A stretch of DNA of 64,000 nt from a virus (Duplodnaviria > Caudoviricetes). The stretch's first letter is position 1. Each line of letters starts with the position of its first letter. The stretch lies in the IMG/VR virus record IMGVR_UViG_3300036964_000424, positions 1 through 64,000 of that record. One strand, written 5' to 3'. Under the pieces are notes generated by a model. The model ran no database searches. It was not told the DNA's origin and saw only the letters and a program-made list of their open reading frames with translations. Positions 61,302-64,000 of the stretch are shown one piece after another. The translations under genes were made by a program, and so were the position numbers.

Positions 61302-61926
61302 TAGACACCTCCAGTCGTAGTTGCATCTGCGCCTCTGCTATGCGCCGTTCTGCGATGGCGAAGTAGGTCGGGTCGATTTCCACGCCGATGAAGTTGCGAC
61401 CAGTTTGAACGCAAGCCACGCCGGTTGTGCCGCTGCCCATGAAGGGGTCAAGGATGGTGTCGCCTTCGTTTGTATAATTTTCTATTGCCCACCTCATTAG
61501 TGATAACGGCTTTTGAGTTGGATGTACTTTCTTTTCTTCCGAATGAAACTCAACCCTACTTTTTCTAAATGCTTTTGTGGATTTATCAAACGAAGTCCAT
61601 GCAAGCTCAGCGTCCGCCCCAGAAAATTTTTGCATCTTATCCCAAATCAACCAGCATCTTGAGTTGTGCAAATAGTCAACAAAGTAATTTCCACCCCAAA
61701 TAATCTGATTGTTGCTTACCCTGAATATCTCGCTGAAATATAGTTTTTCTGGTATTGCTAAATCCCATCTATTATCGGTGGTAAATTCAGTCCTACCGCT
61801 TTTGTCTGCCTTGCGGACATCTTCGCCAATCCCATACGGCGGGTCAGTAATCACCGCGTCCACGCTCTTATCAGGCATGGATCGCATAACCTCCAAACAA
61901 TCGCCTAAGTGAAGCTCAACGGTCAT
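61294..61926 (-). CDS. DNA methyltransferase, beta class (DPPY)
   Basis: GDCL, TDPPYG, HPTQKP, LDPFMGSGTT; start at MTVEL after GGAAGG. Confidence 0.9.
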   Translation of the reverse strand: MTVELHLGDCLEVMRSMPDKSVDAVITDPPYGIGEDVRKADKSGRTEFTTDNRWDLAIPEKLYFSEIFRVSNNQIIWGGNYFVDYLHNSRCWLIWDKMQKFSGADAELAWTSFDKSTKAFRKSRVEFHSEEKKVHPTQKPLSLMRWAIENYTNEGDTILDPFMGSGTTGVACVQTGRNFIGVEIDPTYFAIAERRIAEAQMQLRLEVSNG

Positions 61927-62052
61927 AGCGCCGCCTTCCTGTACGCCTTCGCTCGGCAATTTCCAACCCTCACCCACCGCCATTCTAGTACGCCTTCCCT
62001 ATTCTCTAGCACTGTTCCATCGTAAAGTTTGATTGTATACATGAGATTACTC

Positions 62053-62886
62053 CTATCCGATTATAGAGAAAGCGGGGCGAACGCCACCGGCGTAGGAAGC
62101 GGAGTAGGAGTGCGCAAAACCGTAGGTGTAGACAATGGCGAAATAGGCGGCAGATACAACATCTCTCAGCCAGAAAGTCTGACAATTAGAAATCATGTGC
62201 GGGTCGTGTACAAACAACGGGTACTGAGATTTGTCAACGGTATGGTTTGCAACATCCGTAGCACCATTCCCCATAGGCGCAAAGACCTTGCCGCCGTACA
62301 CATTCTGTTCCGTCATAAGCTCAACCTTGCTGTCGTACCAAGAATTGCCCGAAGGATAACCGTCAGTAACGGCGTTGCAAAGATACTGTCTGTGAGACAG
62401 AATGTGTGCAGACCCGAAAGCGTTGTTAATCGCCGTCTTTGCGTCAGCAAGACCCTGTGTGTACATCTTCGAGCCAACATAACCGCCCGTAGTAATGGCC
62501 GTATCGTTCATTACATGGGTGTAAAGGTTCGAGTCCGGAACGATTACGACATGGTGAGTATTGCAAGCCGCATCACCTGTGGTGAGGTAATAGTCAAACG
62601 CCGCAATTCTCCAAACAACGTCATTTATAGTCCAGTAATCACCCACGTACATATCATCAAAAGTTCCAGCAGCAATAGCAGAATATTGAGCAGCAGAGAC
62701 AGACGTCCCTAATGAAACACCACGATAGACCGAATTGTGCGCGCCAGCATTATTGACAAGCGGAAATACTGCAGGTGTACCTGTCAAATTGGCATACGCG
62801 ATCTTCTTACTATCCGTTCCGTCATGATCATGTCCAGTAGAGGTATTGAATCCCATCTGCTCGTCTCTTAATTTTGTTTGACCCAT
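62053..62886 (-). CDS. Tail-associated protein with CLec-like C-terminus (DGR-target-like)
   Basis: GHDHDG fibre motif; VGDYW, WRIA.FDYY, FWLRD...GGVRPAF. Confidence 0.7.
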   Translation of the reverse strand: MGQTKLRDEQMGFNTSTGHDHDGTDSKKIAYANLTGTPAVFPLVNNAGAHNSVYRGVSLGTSVSAAQYSAIAAGTFDDMYVGDYWTINDVVWRIAAFDYYLTTGDAACNTHHVVIVPDSNLYTHVMNDTAITTGGYVGSKMYTQGLADAKTAINNAFGSAHILSHRQYLCNAVTDGYPSGNSWYDSKVELMTEQNVYGGKVFAPMGNGATDVANHTVDKSQYPLFVHDPHMISNCQTFWLRDVVSAAYFAIVYTYGFAHSYSASYAGGVRPAFSIIG

Positions 62887-62948
62887 TTAATCCCCTTTCA
62901 ATTAAAATAAAATTCTAATTTTATCATCATTATTTTCTTTTTTTCTTG

Positions 62949-63881
62949 TTATTTTGGTATAACGCAATATGTTGTTCCGGTTGCGCTAGTAAATGGATAG
63001 CGAGGTGTTTCCGCTTCGCCATATACATATAAATTTTTTATATTATCCGAAGTACAACAGAACATAGCTTTATGCACATTGATATAGGATCCCGATGTAG
63101 TGCTGGCAGAAGTATCCAATTTAGTTAAATAGACAAATGCATTGTTATAAGCATAAGACATATAATATATATCATTATTTATATTAGTTAAGCGATCGAA
63201 ATTCTGTGGATATACTACAGTCCAATCTGTTCCTGCATCAGTTGAATCGGTTGCGGGATTATATTTATAAATTTTATATACTGTTGAGAAATAGATTGAA
63301 TCGTTATTTGATTCCAAATCAGCCCATATATTATACCCATCATTAGTAATTATTTCAAAATTCAAGTCATTAGACAGTGTAGATGCTGATGTATCATATT
63401 TTTTTAAATGCCAAGTATAGCTCCCGCTTGTATGTGCATACCCATATGCTATATAAATATAATTTCCGTAACTACAGCTTCGCGCATATTCACTATGATT
63501 ATGAGTAAAACTTCGTTTAGTTCCCCAAGTATCCGTTAATGGAGTATATGGTATGATATCAATAGTAGTAGTACCCCCCGAATATAGAGCTGCAACTTCA
63601 TATATCTTATTTCCGATAGTTTCAAGTCCATATATTGTTTTTCCTGAATTATATGAAGTTAAATTACACCAACTGCCAGTTATTGTATTTAAAGATTGCA
63701 TCCCATAATCATTACCTCGATACTCGCCTTTTACATATACTTTATTATCATAAAATGTGTTAGCAACCGCTGATTTGAAAAAATCTACAGATGCATTATA
63801 CATATCATTCAACTTGGTTACAACTGTTCCGTTTCTAATAAAATGATTCTCAAGCCGTAAACCTCCACCTCCTAATATCAT
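62949..63881 (-). CDS. Kelch/beta-propeller-like protein, probably virion-associated
   Basis: Repeated KIY/YIY...Y(D/N/T)P.T(D/S) blades. Confidence 0.6.
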   Translation of the reverse strand: MILGGGGLRLENHFIRNGTVVTKLNDMYNASVDFFKSAVANTFYDNKVYVKGEYRGNDYGMQSLNTITGSWCNLTSYNSGKTIYGLETIGNKIYEVAALYSGGTTTIDIIPYTPLTDTWGTKRSFTHNHSEYARSCSYGNYIYIAYGYAHTSGSYTWHLKKYDTSASTLSNDLNFEIITNDGYNIWADLESNNDSIYFSTVYKIYKYNPATDSTDAGTDWTVVYPQNFDRLTNINNDIYYMSYAYNNAFVYLTKLDTSASTTSGSYINVHKAMFCCTSDNIKNLYVYGEAETPRYPFTSATGTTYCVIPK

Positions 63882-63935
63882 AAATATTCCTTTCTATAAC
63901 TATTTCGTACCATAAATAAAAACATCGCTGCATAT

Positions 63936-64000
63936 CTAGCTATAAGGAGAATTAGACGGTACAAAATCAGAAGTCCAGGCTGCCCCTTCAACTATTCTAA
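63936..64000 (-). CDS. C-terminal fragment of a LamG-like virion protein (partial)
   Basis: ...RIVEGAAWTSDFVPSNSPYS* resembles the RI..G.A.WT..F.P...PY ending. Confidence 0.45.
   Translation of the reverse strand, partial: RIVEGAAWTSDFVPSNSPYS

Noticed and set aside
62029-62712. 227-aa plus-strand ORF
   Set aside because: Antisense shadow of the tail-associated gene; the same applies to most short opposite-strand ORFs in the track.

Overview
AT-rich segment of a large tailed-phage (or prophage) genome with SPbeta-like organisation; the host cannot be determined from the sequence. Minus-strand left arm (1-7.3 kb): virion-type genes, a tyrosine recombinase, HU and a YonO-like single-subunit RNA polymerase whose catalytic DxDGD motif is split by a 306-nt group I intron. 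A ~3.1-kb non-coding divergence zone (7.3-10.4 kb) holds four 56-64-bp AT palindromes/hairpins, a base-skew switch and a strand-polarised GGCGG tract. Plus-strand early/middle arm (10.4-61 kb): SNF2 helicase, small paralogous genes separated by conserved hairpins, beta clamp, Pnkp-like RNA repair enzyme, second tyrosine recombinase, a coiled-coil gene followed by a ~300-nt structured RNA with a 7-nt periodic A-rich array, three tRNAs (one with anticodon UAU), Hsp20, seven orphan DNA methyltransferases (an eighth lies on the minus strand at the right end), a replication module with a PolB/DnaE-tail chimeric polymerase, a glycosylation cluster and nucleotide-metabolism genes (class II RNR with a second group I intron). 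The right end holds convergent minus-strand tail-type genes, one with a DGR-like variable region. The most striking unexplained pattern is an 18-bp palindromic site, ATAAAA-N6-TTTTAT, found at gene boundaries at least 10 times perfectly and bracketing most methyltransferase genes, suggesting a recombinase-driven cassette system. All family assignments come from motif recognition by eye, not database searches.
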